NCBI GenBank assembly: GCA_964016885.1
Contig: OZ024741.1
Coordinates: forward strand, 290,284,001 to 290,348,000
Reading direction: 5' to 3'
DNA length: 64,000 nt
From: Eledone cirrhosa
Lineage: Eukaryota
Shown here: one piece after another, positions 26,623 through 39,888 of the stretch
Layout: each line of letters begins with the position of its first letter
Numbering within the stretch: the first letter of the stretch is position 1
Translations under genes and position numbers: made by a program
Notes under the pieces: generated by a model
Databases searched by the model: none
Told to the model about the DNA's origin: nothing
Seen by the model: only the letters and a program-made list of their open reading frames with translations

Positions 26623-26707
26623 TTTGTTTCGACACACGATTTCATATAAAAAACCTCGCTAAACTAATTCATCGCCGCTATATATATATATATATATATA
26701 TATATAC

Positions 26708-26895
26708 GTTATTCCGGGTTGAATCAGAGGTAACCACAGTAAGTAAGTACTCAATACTTTGCAGAGTCTAAAAGTTTTAATATAGATGAGATTCTACAGG
26801 ACTAGAACTGTTTCATTCTTTAGAAATCATCAGGAATCTTGATGATTTCTAAAGAATGAAACAGTTCTAGTCCTGTAGAATCTCATCTATATTAA

Positions 26896-26899
<4 letters not shown>
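26708..26899. mobile_element. Asymmetric fold-back PLE relic with hammerhead core, between (TA)n
   Basis: Arms 26773-26832 / 26840-26899. Minus arm reads CTGATGA-tttc-taaa-gaat-GAAA-cagt-TC. Confidence 0.75.
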
Positions 26900-26932
<33 letters not shown>

Positions 26933-26949
26933 CATATATTCAATTACCT

Positions 26950-27375
26950 CTGTATTTTATTTACTTTATTCTTAACTCTGAAACGGAGAATCATTCGGTT
27001 TCTTAGTTAGAATATTAGTCTACGACTTCAGTTATACCATTTACGTGGTTCTGTCTTTGCGTGTAATTGTTTTTCACCGCTCCAAATAATGACGTATTAT
27101 ATTCGTTATTTCCCGTTCTTTACCAGCGAACGTTTCCACAAACAAAAGTATCGTCTTCCTGTCTTCCTCCGGTTTCAACGTTTTTTTGAAATATTCACTT
27201 CTGCGTTCACAGATTGACTTTGTTAGTTTCAGAAGATCCTGTTAAGGTTGAAAGCAGCGATTCTTTGCTTAAACTTTAATCTGTTATTTTAATAAATATT
27301 TGCTCTACGGTTCTTATATATTTGATATGTATTTATCCTTATCGAGCCCTCTTTGGATTTTAGTCTTCAAATTTA
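26950..27375 (+). mobile_element. Probable PLE terminal-repeat relic
   Basis: Related to 6430-6600. Degenerate HHR-like 'cagaaga-tcct-gtta-aggt-tgaaa' at about 27230. TA-rich flanks. Confidence 0.45.
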
Positions 27376-27458
27376 TTACTATTACTATATATATATATAC
27401 AGAGAGAGAGAGAGAGAGAGAGAGTGGGGGGAAGTAGAGAGAGAGAGAGAGTGGGGGG

Positions 27459-27584
<126 letters not shown>

Positions 27585-27770
27585 AAGCTGTAAGTCTAAC
27601 ATTCTCATCACCACACCGACATGAACTGCTACCAACTTAGATGCTAGGTGTAAAGACATTTAAATAGAAATAGAACGGGGATCTATCTGGATCAATTGGC
27701 GTCGGTTGCTTCTGACAGGACCTGTTGGAAGGGGTGCTTGAGGACTCTGCACACACGATACTCTCAGCAA

Positions 27771-27801
<31 letters not shown>

Positions 27802-28000
27802 AAGAAGAAGAAGAAGAAGAAGAAGAAGAAGAAGAAGAAGAAGAAGAAGAAGAGAGCGAGAGAGTTGCAGGGAGTGGGAGGGAGAGATAAAGATTATATT
27901 TGTTTGCGATCGTCTTTTTATATATTATACACACATTTCATTGTTTTCTTCTATCGTAAACCGACCCTAGTTACGAAAACACACGCACACACACACACAC

Positions 28001-28033
<33 letters not shown>

Positions 28034-28064
28034 CACACACAGACAGACACACATACACATGCAT

Positions 28065-28098
<34 letters not shown>

Positions 28099-28539
28099 TC
28101 TCTCTCTCTCTCTCTCTCTCTCCCTTCGTCTCTCTCTCTCACACATACACATGCACACAAGTACACATACATATTCACACACGCACACGCACTCACCCGC
28201 GCAATCATAACAAACGCACACATACTTATACACACTAGTATAGTGAATGGCTACCGATGGTATGTCGTTGATCATATCACATCTACTCAAACAGTATCAA
28301 CCAGTATCAACCAGTATGAACCAGTATTGACCAGTATTAACAAGTATTGAGCTGGTGTTAAACCAGAACGACTAACACAACCAGTATTACTACAGTCGTC
28401 GAACATTTAGGAGAACTAAGCCCCCACATGAAATCAGCATCACCGCCACTACCAACAACAGCAACACTTACAACAACATTAATATTACCCCTACCACCAC
28501 CAACAACAACAACAGCAACAATATTAACATCACCACTAC

Positions 28540-29160
28540 GGCTAAAACACCAAACCACCACCACTAACAACAACAACAGCACCAACAACAATATTAACAT
28601 CACCATCACGACGGCGACGACGACCACCAGCACCACCACCACCACCAAGACAGCTCAACCACCACCACTACCACCACCACCAAGACACCACAACCACCAC
28701 CACCACCACCAAGACAATCACCACCACCACCAAGACACGCCCTCCCCCCCCGACACCACAACCACCACCACCACCACCACCAAGACACCACAACCACTAC
28801 CACCACCACCACCAAGACACCACCACCACCTCCGCCAAGACACCACCACCACCACCACCAAGACACCACCACCACCACCACCACCACCAAGACACCACAA
28901 CCACCACCACCACCACCACCAAGACACCACCACCACCCCCGCCAAGACACCACCACCACCACCACCACCAAGACACCATCACCACGACCACCATCAAGAC
29001 ACCACAACCACCAACTCCAACAACAATATTAAGATCACCATCACGACGACGACGACCACTACCACCAAGACAATCACCACCGCCACCACCACCACCACCA
29101 CCACCACTACCACCACCACTACCATCTCAACCACCACTACCACCACCACCTCCACTAGCC
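28540..29160. repeat. (CCA)n-derived minisatellite with recurring 'caagaca' punctuation
   Basis: Direct reading. Confidence 0.85.
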
Positions 29161-29764
29161 CCCCTGCCATCAGTAGCAGTACCACCAGCATCATACTTAC
29201 CAATGTATCCTTACCTCAACTCAGTTCCGCTGTCTGTGTGTCGGTATGTCTGCCTGCTTGTCTGTGTGTCCCTCCTTCTATTGGCCATCTATGAAATACG
29301 CTGAAAAGCTACAATTATAAGTAATTCATTAATTGAATAGCTTCTTACAGAAGCATATCTTCAACACAAAACGTACTTCTGCCAGTAGCAGCATTAACAG
29401 CAGCACCACCACCATTACTATCAGTTCCACCTCTAATACTACGACCGCAACCACAACGACTACCACGTCAACGCCACTACCATGACCATTGCTACAAAAA
29501 GTGCGACCACAACTAGCATTTCCACCAATGCCACAACCAAACCACCCCATGGTGATCACCACCACCATGATCATCAACACCATCATAACAACCACAACAA
29601 CAACCTTCGCCAGAACTATCACAACCATCGTCACAACCACTACTGCAATGACCACCATAAAATCCTGTACCACCGCCACCACCTTTACCGATATCATCAC
29701 TGCCACCACCACCATTACAACCATTCTTTCTACATTTACTATATTGATTAATACGAAGAGAGAC

Positions 29765-29948
29765 TTATTTTGGCAGTACCGGTAGAGAGTCAGACGCCAT
29801 GCTTTCCAGCATAGTTATGTCCCTTTACAGTCTGAGTTCAATTCCCACCAAGGTTAACTTTGCCTTTCATCCTTACAGGGTCGATAAAATAAAGTACCAC
29901 TAATGCACTGGGATAATTGCTGGTCTTGTGCCAAAAATAAAAACAATT
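29765..29948 (+). mobile_element. Full-length SINE
   Basis: Matches family consensus. Confidence 0.85.
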
Positions 29949-30940
29949 ATTATTAAGAGGTTTTATGCAGTCTATTTCGTCACGATTTACCCCTGGTAGA
30001 GAAGACCTATAACCAAATTCATTTTTGCTGCAACTATCTCATTCGTTTCCTTGATTTCTTAGGTAGCATACGACCAGAACTGTGTTACCAAATATTTCCT
30101 TCATTTCTAAGACAGAAGGTATAACTTGAGGAGGATTTGGTAGCTATTACTAGCAGGTCGATTATGTTTGGTAAATGAGTTAATTGAATCAAGAAGGATA
30201 TGATTGATGCGTACGCTCCCTGCCCATTTTTTTATCAAACAAATCTATGACATGCTGCAAACATACAGGCAAAAGGAAACAGGTTAACGATATCAAGCAA
30301 CACAAGCCACTTGAAAGATCACACAAGACTCACTACTTTAATATTTCCTGGATTCTAGGACGATGTATTAGACCATCAGTCAAAATGCCATGTGGTACTT
30401 GTTACGGTTCGCTAAGTTCTGAGATCAAATTTCCTCGAGGTCAGCTTTGATTTTTTAAACTTCCGTGGTCGACGATGAAATAATGCACCACTCAATCATT
30501 TGGTTGAAATAATCGGATATTCCCTCGCGCCATATTTCTGGCCGTTTTGCCTCTTTAACAATCAATAGTGCAATTCAGCAAAAAGTATTCCTCCCAGTTC
30601 AAATCTCTGTGGCTTCGAATAACTAGATGCCGTCTACAGTTCTGTTGTTCCTGCAACACACTATCTTAACCTATCTGAGCACCACCAGTCACACTTCGAT
30701 AAACAGTGGTTAAAGGTTTGGTGTCTAGTATAACTATCCTGACGTGTTATATTTACTCTACTACCCACACTATTTCTGATGGGAACCACAAATGAAGTGG
30801 TTAAGGTGGATATTATCAGAACATGACAATTACCGTTCTTCTGCGGATATCATTTGTAGCGTGTAACTCATCATAATGCTTGGATCTGATGACACTGTTG
30901 GGGCTATAGCTGAGCAATACTTGTATGTATGTGTTCTGCT

Positions 30941-31280
30941 AAGGCGCATTGGTTAGTGGCTAGAGCATTACGCTTTCAATCAGGAGGTTGTGAGTTCGAT
31001 TCTCGGACCGGGTGATATAATGTGTCCTTGAGCAAGACACTTTATTTCACGTTGCTCCAGTTTACTCAGTTATAGAAATGAGTTGCGATATCACTGGTCC
31101 CAAGATGTATTGACTATTGCATTTCCCTTGGACAACCTCAGTGGCGTGAAGAGAGGAGACTAGTATGCATGGGCGACTGCTGGTCTTCTGCAAACATCTT
31201 TGCCTGAACTTGTACACCGGAGGGGGACTTTCTAGGTAGAAGCCCTATGGTCAATCATGACCAAAGGAGGTCTTTACCCT
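30941..31280 (+). mobile_element. Second SINE family: tRNA-like head + CORE-like domain
   Basis: A-box 'tggttagtggctag', B-box 'gagttcgattc', then 'tgtgtccttgagcaagacacttt..ccagtttactcag'. Confidence 0.75.
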
Positions 31281-31619
31281 ATGTGTTATGTTCTGTTTGT
31301 TTGGGTTGATTTAGTGTATAGGAATTTAGGATAGGTTTGTTGTAATGTTCCAGTGCCTTGTAAATCTGATTAGATGTGTGCATTTTAATTTTTTTTTTTT
31401 TTTAAGATTTCATATTCTTATAGAGAGACCAAACAGCTATCCAAAATCATATAAGGAACATCTATGGACTAGGTCGCGAAATTATATACAACGGAATGCT
31501 TTACTCTACAAATGTATGGACTATGTTTTGTTTCCTCACACTATTGCTGTATACGAAATAACATTAACACTTTGCCCCCCTCTCTCCTTTATTGCTGTGG
31601 ACATAACAAATTTCCGATT

Positions 31620-32348
31620 CTATTAATGGTGATTTCGGTTGTCTTTTGCTTTTGATTATTTTGTGTGTTTCAAGGGCTTTTTTCATTCTTGGGTCTTGTT
31701 TCAGTAGTGGGATGTTCTTGTGAATAGTGTTGTAAACTTCCGCATTTCTTGGGTTCTGTGTTGAGATATATGATAGAATATTGGACGTACCTTGAATTTG
31801 TTTCTGTTTTCGTAATTCATCAATGCCTATTGCTTTAGCCCTTTCTATTCCATTATTTATTAGTAATGGTGGGTACTGTCTTTCGAGTAGAATTTCCTTT
31901 AATTCTTGAAGTCTTTTATTTCACGTTTCATAATTGGAGACAATTGTGCAAATTCTTCTTGCTAGGTTAAAAGGAATGTTCGTCTTCGTGTGCTTTGGAT
32001 GGTTGGAGGTGAATAGCAGGTATTGTTTGGAATCTGTTGGTTTGTAGTGTATGTCAGTTTTAATATTTGTGTATTTTTTAAAGATTAAGATGTCCAGAAA
32101 TGGAAGTTGATCTTGGCTGTATTCCATTGTGAATTGGATGTGGTTATTGATGCCGTTTATTAAGTTTTTGAAATCATTCAGTTGGTCGAGTGTGTGGGAC
32201 CAAAGAATGAGACAATCATCCAAGTAGCGTTTCCAATTCTCTGATAAATATTTGTGGAAGTTCAATCCGTATTTTGATTTGGACTGTTCATATATCTGGA
32301 CTTCTAAGTATGCCATGACTAAGTTGGCATAAGTTGGAGCGGCTTTTG
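31620..32348 (-). pseudogene. Penelope-like RT fragment
   Basis: TKAAPTYANLVMAYLE..WKRYLDDCLILW..IQFTME..LPFLDI..KTDIHYKPTDSKQYLLFTSNHPKHTKTNIPFNLARRICTIVS are the PLE RT and thumb motifs. Confidence 0.88.
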
Positions 32349-32396
32349 TATCTTTATTTCAATAGAAAATCTGAATTCTGACATCCCAGCGAACCA

Positions 32397-33005
32397 GCCA
32401 TATTCACTGAACCAGAACAATTCCCCCATCCCATTTCTCTTGACCATTATCTTTTGCTTGTCATAAAATTCTCTAAAAGGCAACAAAATAAATTCCTAAA
32501 TACGGGCGCGAAATTTAATGAACTTGTTCACGTGACAGTGATAATTTCATTTATAACCAATCAAATTACATTTATTTAAAAAAGCCTTTTTAAAGTAAAA
32601 AGAAATTCAAACAAACTTATGCGAAAGCTGATATACTTATTCACGTGACTACATCAACCAACCAAACTTCACTCATATATGAAAAAACAACCTGCCATAT
32701 TCACTGAACCAGAACAATTCCCCCCATCCCATTTCTCTTGACCATTATCTTTTGTTTGTCATAAAATTCTCTAAAAGGCTACAAAATAAATTCCCAAATA
32801 CGGGCGCGAAATTTAATGAACTTGTTCACGTGACAACCATAATTTCATTTATAATCAATCAAATTACATTTATTAAAAAAAGCCTCCTTGAGCCCCTTTT
32901 TTTAAGTAAAAAGAAATTCAAACACTCATATATAAAAAAAACACCCCCTTGTTTGAAGAACTTTGTAACGCGAACTGGCGCGAAATTTATTATACTTATT
33001 GACCA
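32397..33005. repeat. Tandem duplication, about 298-bp unit
   Basis: 'gccatattcactgaaccagaacaattcccccatccc' at about 32397 and 32695, with similar downstream sequence. Confidence 0.9.
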
Positions 33006-33227
33006 ACCTGTTAAATTACTTCTCTAAAAACCTGGCGTTCCGAGCCACTTTTTTCCATATAAAACAAGTAACATTCAAAGACCAACCAGATGTGAGAAAA
33101 CCACAGACCCTCCATCTCAACTCTACTTTTGAAAAGCAGAAGAACTGTGAAACCGGTAAAGGAACCAAATAAATATATATATATTTTTTTAAATAAGACT
33201 CCAGTTGCATTTTCGATTTCATCTTTT

Positions 33228-33349
<122 letters not shown>

Positions 33350-33429
33350 AGTATGTATTAGACAGGAACAAAAACAGAGGCAGTACAAATATGAGTTTAT
33401 TAAGTTCACGCTTTTGAGAGGCGGGGGGG

Positions 33430-33472
33430 GGGGGCGACGTTTCAGGCATAAGCCCTTCACCAGGAGAAAACT
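33430..33472 (-). ncRNA. PLE-type hammerhead motif (mutated core)
   Basis: Minus strand CTGGTGA-agggc-ttat-gcct-GAAA-cgt-cg, about 85 nt from a (TA)n tract. Confidence 0.5.
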
Positions 33473-34894
33473 GGGTAGGAAGAGAGTTCCGAGGGTGTGT
33501 GGGGGAGTGATCGAAAGACATTTAAAAATAGGGGTAGGGATAAAAGGGAGGATAAACGATTTTAGAAGTACAAATAAAAATAAAAATAAACATAAAAATA
33601 AACAAGTGGGGGAAGGGTGTGAGGTGTGTATGGGTGGTGGCGGGTCGAGTTGGGAGAGGGAGGCGGGGGATCCGAGCGGGGAGGGCTGAAGCTGGTGTTT
33701 GTGTATGTGTGTAGGTGTACGTGTGTGTGTGTGTGTGTATGTGAATGTGAGAGTTGGGGGAAGAACGAGGTTCCATGTTCAGGTAAAGAGGAACCGGTGT
33801 GTTCGGGCGTGGGGTGTAAGTCGGTATGTGCGTGCGTGTGGATGGAGAGGGGTAAGAGGGGTGGGGGAGCGGGGGTGGGAGTGGATTCCGGAGGCTGAGT
33901 GTGTGTATGTGGGGATACGCACGTGTATGTTTGTGTTTATATCTGGTGTGGATGTAGGTGGCGTGGTTCGAAAAAAAATGTGAGTGTTTGTTCGTGGGTA
34001 TGTTCCTAAGGTAGTTTCGTGGGGTGTGCGATAAGGTGTTGGATATTTCTCATGTTATAGAGCGGATAGCCGGAACGATGATCGGTGGTGTGAGATCCAT
34101 TTGTGGTGCTGCGGAAGTGGAGAGATGTGGGGTGCTCGCGCAACAGGAAGTGGTCAGAGGGTCAAGGCAGGGTGATGAGATAGCAGTAGAGGAGGATGAC
34201 AGGTGAAGAAAGGGACTGTGTGTCTGTGTGTGCGGAGGTGCGGTGGACAGGGGAGAGGATGTGTATGTGTGAAAGGTGGAGGGAGAAGGTGGTGATGTGG
34301 TGTGATGGGGTGTATATTAGTGGAGGTGTTAGTGGGATGTGTGTGTGTGAAGGAGTGTAGGTGGAGCGGAGAGAGGGAGAGGGAGAGAAAAGGTGTTGGG
34401 GACGGAGGAGAGAATGTAGTGTACTGGTGTGTGTGTGCGTGAAATGGAGAGGTGTATTAATGGTGTTAGTGGGGGATGTGTGGAGGGAAAGGTGGGAGGT
34501 CGAAGGCTAAAGGAATAGGGGTGGGGAGTTCAGGCAGGGGGATGTTGGGGTCTGTAGGGTGAAGATTGTGTGTTGTTCGACCGTGAGGCGGGTGGCGGGT
34601 GTTCCATGGCATTGGAGCAGGCCACAGACTGTGAGGTGGTGGGCGGAATGTCAAGGGATTAGGTGGTAACATAAATTCCCGCCGTTTTTCCTATTAAACA
34701 AATTATAGCATTATAACAACGGCGGGAATTTATGTTACAAACCAATATATATACTGTATATATATATATATATATATATATATGATTGTGGTGTGTGTGA
34801 TAGTAGCGACGACAGTGGTCGAAGTGTTGATGGTATATATATGTATGCATATATATATATGCGTGTGTGAGTGTCTGCATGCATATATATATAT

Positions 34895-35233
34895 GAAGTA
34901 ATTCCGTCGGAAAAGTCCAGGAAAAAAGAGTGCTCTATGTAGGTAACAGAGCTTAATAGTTATGTAATAAACAACCTAAAGCAATTATTCCTTTTACCAG
35001 TGGTTTCTTAAAAGCAAAAGATTTTGCTTTCAATCCTCAGAATGAAAAAATCCTGGTCTGTTTATTGAATTTGGATTTACAAAAAAAAAAATAAATAAAC
35101 ATTTAAAAAAAAAAAAATCCAAATTCAATAAACAGACCAGGATTTTTTCATTCTGAGGATTGAAAGCAAAATCTTTTGCTTTTAAGAAACCACTGGTAAA
35201 TGGAATAATTGCCTTATGTTGTTTATTACATAA

Positions 35234-35236
<3 letters not shown>
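34895..35236. mobile_element. Fold-back PLE relic with two inverted hammerheads
   Basis: Arms about 34959-35078 / 35115-35234 around an A-rich spacer. Confidence 0.85.
35146..35205 (+). ncRNA. Type-I hammerhead ribozyme with complete core
   Basis: Stem I ttcatt/aatgga, CTGAGGA, 12-bp stem II ttgaaagcaaaa/ttttgcttttaa, GAAA, stem III cca-c-tgg, TA cleavage site. Inverted copy at 34988-35047. Confidence 0.75.
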
Positions 35237-35303
<67 letters not shown>

Positions 35304-35456
35304 CGGAAAAAATGAAACGAAATTTCATTTCCCACTCTTCGTACGGCTGTTACTTAAATATAAGTATGTATACGTACATACATATATGTATACAGACGTA
35401 CAGTAGTATGTATATATATATACATACATGCACACATATATATATGTACGTATATA

Positions 35457-35524
<68 letters not shown>

Positions 35525-35599
35525 TACATATATATACCATCAACACTTCGACCACTGTCGTCGCTACTATCACACACACCACAATTATGACTACAAATT

Positions 35600-36260
35600 C
35601 TCCTCACCACCACCAACACCACCCATAGCATCATCAGCACCACCACCAACACCACCCATAGCATCATCAGCACCAGTGACACCATCACTAGCCTCACCAG
35701 CACCACCAACACCACCCATAGCATCATCACCACCACCACCAACACCACCCATAGCATCATCAGCACCAGTGACACCATCACCACCCATAGCATCATCAGC
35801 ACCAGTGACACCATCACTAGCATCACCAGCACCACCATCACCACCCTTAGCATCATCACCACCACCACCAACACCACCCATAGCATCATCAGCACCAGTG
35901 ACACCATCACCACCATCACCAGCACCACCATCACCACCCATAGCATCATCAGCACCAGTGACACCATCACTAGCATCACCAGCACCACCATCACCACCCA
36001 TAGCATCATCAGCACCAGTGACACCATCACTAGCCTCACCAACACCACCAACACCACCCATAGCATCATCAGCACCAGTGACACCATCACTAGCATCACC
36101 AGCACCACCAACACCACCCATAGCATCACCACCACCACCATCACCACCCATAGCATCATCAGCACCAGTAACACCTGCACCACCATCACCACCACTAGCA
36201 ACACCAGCACCACCACCACTAACAACACCAGTACCACTAACACCCCCACAAGCCTCACCA
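35600..36260. repeat. CCA-derived minisatellite, about 60-bp unit
   Basis: 'tagcatcatcagcaccagtgacaccatcac' recurs at 35881, 35941, 36001 and 36061. Confidence 0.9.
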
Positions 36261-36388
36261 ATACCACCGACGCCACCACCATCACCGCCATCACCACTTT
36301 TATTACCGCCAAAATAGCATCATTTTTGTCATTGTTCTCACCACCTCCTCTTTCATCGCTATCGTTATCATCTTTAACATAATCCTTC

Positions 36389-36422
<34 letters not shown>

Positions 36423-36456
36423 AATCATCATTTTTGCCATCGTTGTCTCATCGTCG

Positions 36457-36508
<52 letters not shown>

Positions 36509-36799
36509 AATCATCATCATTTTTGCCGTCGTTGTCTCATCGTCATCATCATCATCTTCAACATCATCACCATCATCATCATCATCATTTTCGTCTCGTC
36601 GTCGTCGTCATCGTCATCATCATCATCTTCAACATCATCACCATCATCATCATCATCATTTTCGTCTCGTCGTCGTCGTCATCGTCATCATTATCATCTT
36701 TAACACCATCATCATCATCATCGTCATCATTTTCGTCGTCGTCGTCATCATAATTGTCATCATCTTCAACACCATCATCATCATCATCTTGAGTCATTT

Positions 36800-37930
36800 T
36801 CGTCATCAACATCGTCACCATTATCATCTTCACCACCACTACCATCATCATCATCAACGTCACCATTATCATCTTCACCACCACTACCATCATCATCAAC
36901 ATCGTCACCATTATCATCTTCACCACCACCACCATCATCATCATCATCGTCACCATTATCATCTTCACCACCACCACCATCATCATCATCATCGTCACCA
37001 TTATCATCTTCACCACCACCACCATCATCATCAACATCGTCACCATTATCATCTTCACCACCACCACCATCATCATCATCAACGTCACCATTATCATCTT
37101 CACCACCACCACCATCATCATCAACATCGTCACCATTATCATCTTCACCACCACCACCATCATCATCATCATCGTCACCATTATCATCTTCACCACCACC
37201 ACCATCATCATCATCATCGTCACCATTATCATCTTCACCACCACCACCATCATCATCAACATCGTCACCATTATCATCTTCACCACCACCACCATCATCA
37301 TCATCAACGTCACCATTATCATCTTCACCACCACCACCATCATCATCAACATCGTCACCATTATCATCTTCACCACCACCACCATCATCATCATCATCGT
37401 CACCATTATCATCTTCACCACCACCACCATCATCATCATCATCGTCACCATTATCATCTTCACCACCACCACCATCATCATCAACATCGTCACCATTATC
37501 ATCTTCACCACCACCACCATCATCATCATCAACGTCACCATTATCATCTTCACCACCACCACCATCATCATCAACATCGTCACCATTATCATCTTCACCA
37601 CCACCACCATCATCATCATCATCGTCACCATTATCATCTTCACCACCACCACCATCATCATCATCATCGTCACCATTATCATCTTCACCACCACCACCAT
37701 CATCATCAACATCGTCACCATTATCATCTTCACCACCACCACCATCATCATCATCAACGTCACCATTATCATCTTCACCACCACCACCATCATCATCAAC
37801 ATCGTCGTCACCATTATCATCTTCACCACCACCACCATCATCATCATCATCGTCACCATTATCATCTTCACCACCACCACCATCATCATCATCATCGTCA
37901 CCATTATCATCTTCACCACCACCACCACCA
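36800..37930. repeat. 45-bp minisatellite (about 25 units) with 5-unit higher-order pattern
   Basis: Unit atcttc(acc)4(atc)5gtcaccattatc. AAC variants recur every 225 bp. Confidence 0.92.
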
Positions 37931-38636
37931 CCATCATCAACATCGTCATCATTTTCGTCGTCGTTGTCATCGTCATCATCATCGTAATCATCTTCAACAA
38001 CCATCATCATCATCATCTTCATCACTTTCGTCGTCGTCGACATCATCATTATCATCTTCAACACCACCACCACCACCACCACCACCACCACCACCACCAC
38101 CATCACCACCACCACCACCACCACCACCACCATCATTATCATCATCGTAATCATCTTCAACAACCATCATCATCATCATCATCATCTTCATCACTTTTGT
38201 CGTCGTCGTCATCATCATTATCATCTTCAACACCACCACCACCACCACCACCACCACCACCACCACCACCACCACCACCACCACCACCACCACCACCACC
38301 ACCATCATCATCATCATTGTAACAATGTGCGTGACAAGAAAGTGTTTTACGTACATCACCATCGAGAAGCAAGTAGAATCAGTTAAGTAGTTCACTTGGT
38401 CACTTAAATCGCCCAATGTCATTTTCATATCGACCGTTCTTCAAATATCCATTTGCTGTGCTGAAAGGTGAGCGAAGGACTGTGCCTAACCTATGAACTC
38501 AACGCTCTTTATTTGCAAAATATCGCTACTTCCCCCTCCTGCACATCTCCCCACCATTTCATCCTTCAGACAACGCATTTCTTTCTTTCTTCCTGCCTCC
38601 CTCTCCCTGTACATCTGTCTAGTCTATCCATCTAAT

Positions 38637-38730
<94 letters not shown>

Positions 38731-38770
38731 CCCTCTCTCTCTCCCCCCTCTCTCTCTCTATTTATATTTA

Positions 38771-38815
<45 letters not shown>

Positions 38816-38849
38816 CCCTCTCTCCCCCCTCTCTCTCTATTTATATTTG

Positions 38850-38886
<37 letters not shown>

Positions 38887-38941
38887 TGAAATGGTGAAAA
38901 AGCCAAATTGAGATATAGATATATAGATAGATAGACAGACA

Positions 38942-39004
<63 letters not shown>

Positions 39005-39137
39005 CTATCTATCTATTTATCTATATATCTATATATCTATCTATAGCTCACTCAATTTGGCGTTTTCTCCATTTCTCCATTTCCTACATTTTTCATGCAT
39101 TTCTTTACTTTCTGCAACCCTATATATTTTCTTATAT

Positions 39138-39265
<128 letters not shown>

Positions 39266-39465
39266 ATATGTATATATAATATATATATATATGTATATAT
39301 ATATCTGTGTGTGTATATATATATATATAATACTTAATATAATCATGTGTGTGTACATCAGTGTTCGAACGCGCGTGTTTGTAGCTGAGCACGGTTCTAT
39401 GAATATATATATATACATTCATACATACATACATAGAGAGCGAGAGCGAGAGAGAGAGAGAGAGG

Positions 39466-39531
<66 letters not shown>

Positions 39532-39783
39532 AATACTTCCAAGCAACCACATTTTAATATTTTTTCTGTGGTTTTCTATTTGTCTCCCGTTTGTCATTCT
39601 TCCCAGTTTTCACCTCATCGTCGTCTCCACTGCAGTTTGAAAAGGTTAACACCTCTCTTATATTGCATCCTTTATTCTAGAGTATATAACTGACACATCG
39701 GTACAGACACATAGGAAAACATACACAAACTCTTAGCCGAACACACACATGCACATCTGTGGATGTATGTTTTTACACATCTG

Positions 39784-39888
<105 letters not shown>

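Noticed and set aside
28428-29294. Mucin- or extensin-like T/P/H-rich ORF (also 35520-36317)
   Set aside because: CCA-triplet minisatellites open in several frames, with no signal peptide or splice evidence
30941-31012. tRNA gene
   Set aside because: Stems are imperfect and the sequence continues into a CORE-like SINE body, so it is a SINE head
36800-37930. CRISPR-like array
   Set aside because: Units are contiguous with no unique spacers, the context is eukaryotic and there are no cas genes
36585-38163. 450-470 aa His-rich, Asp/Gly-rich and Met/Val-rich ORFs
   Set aside because: Several frames on both strands are open because the 45-bp repeat lacks stop codons. No flanking gene structure
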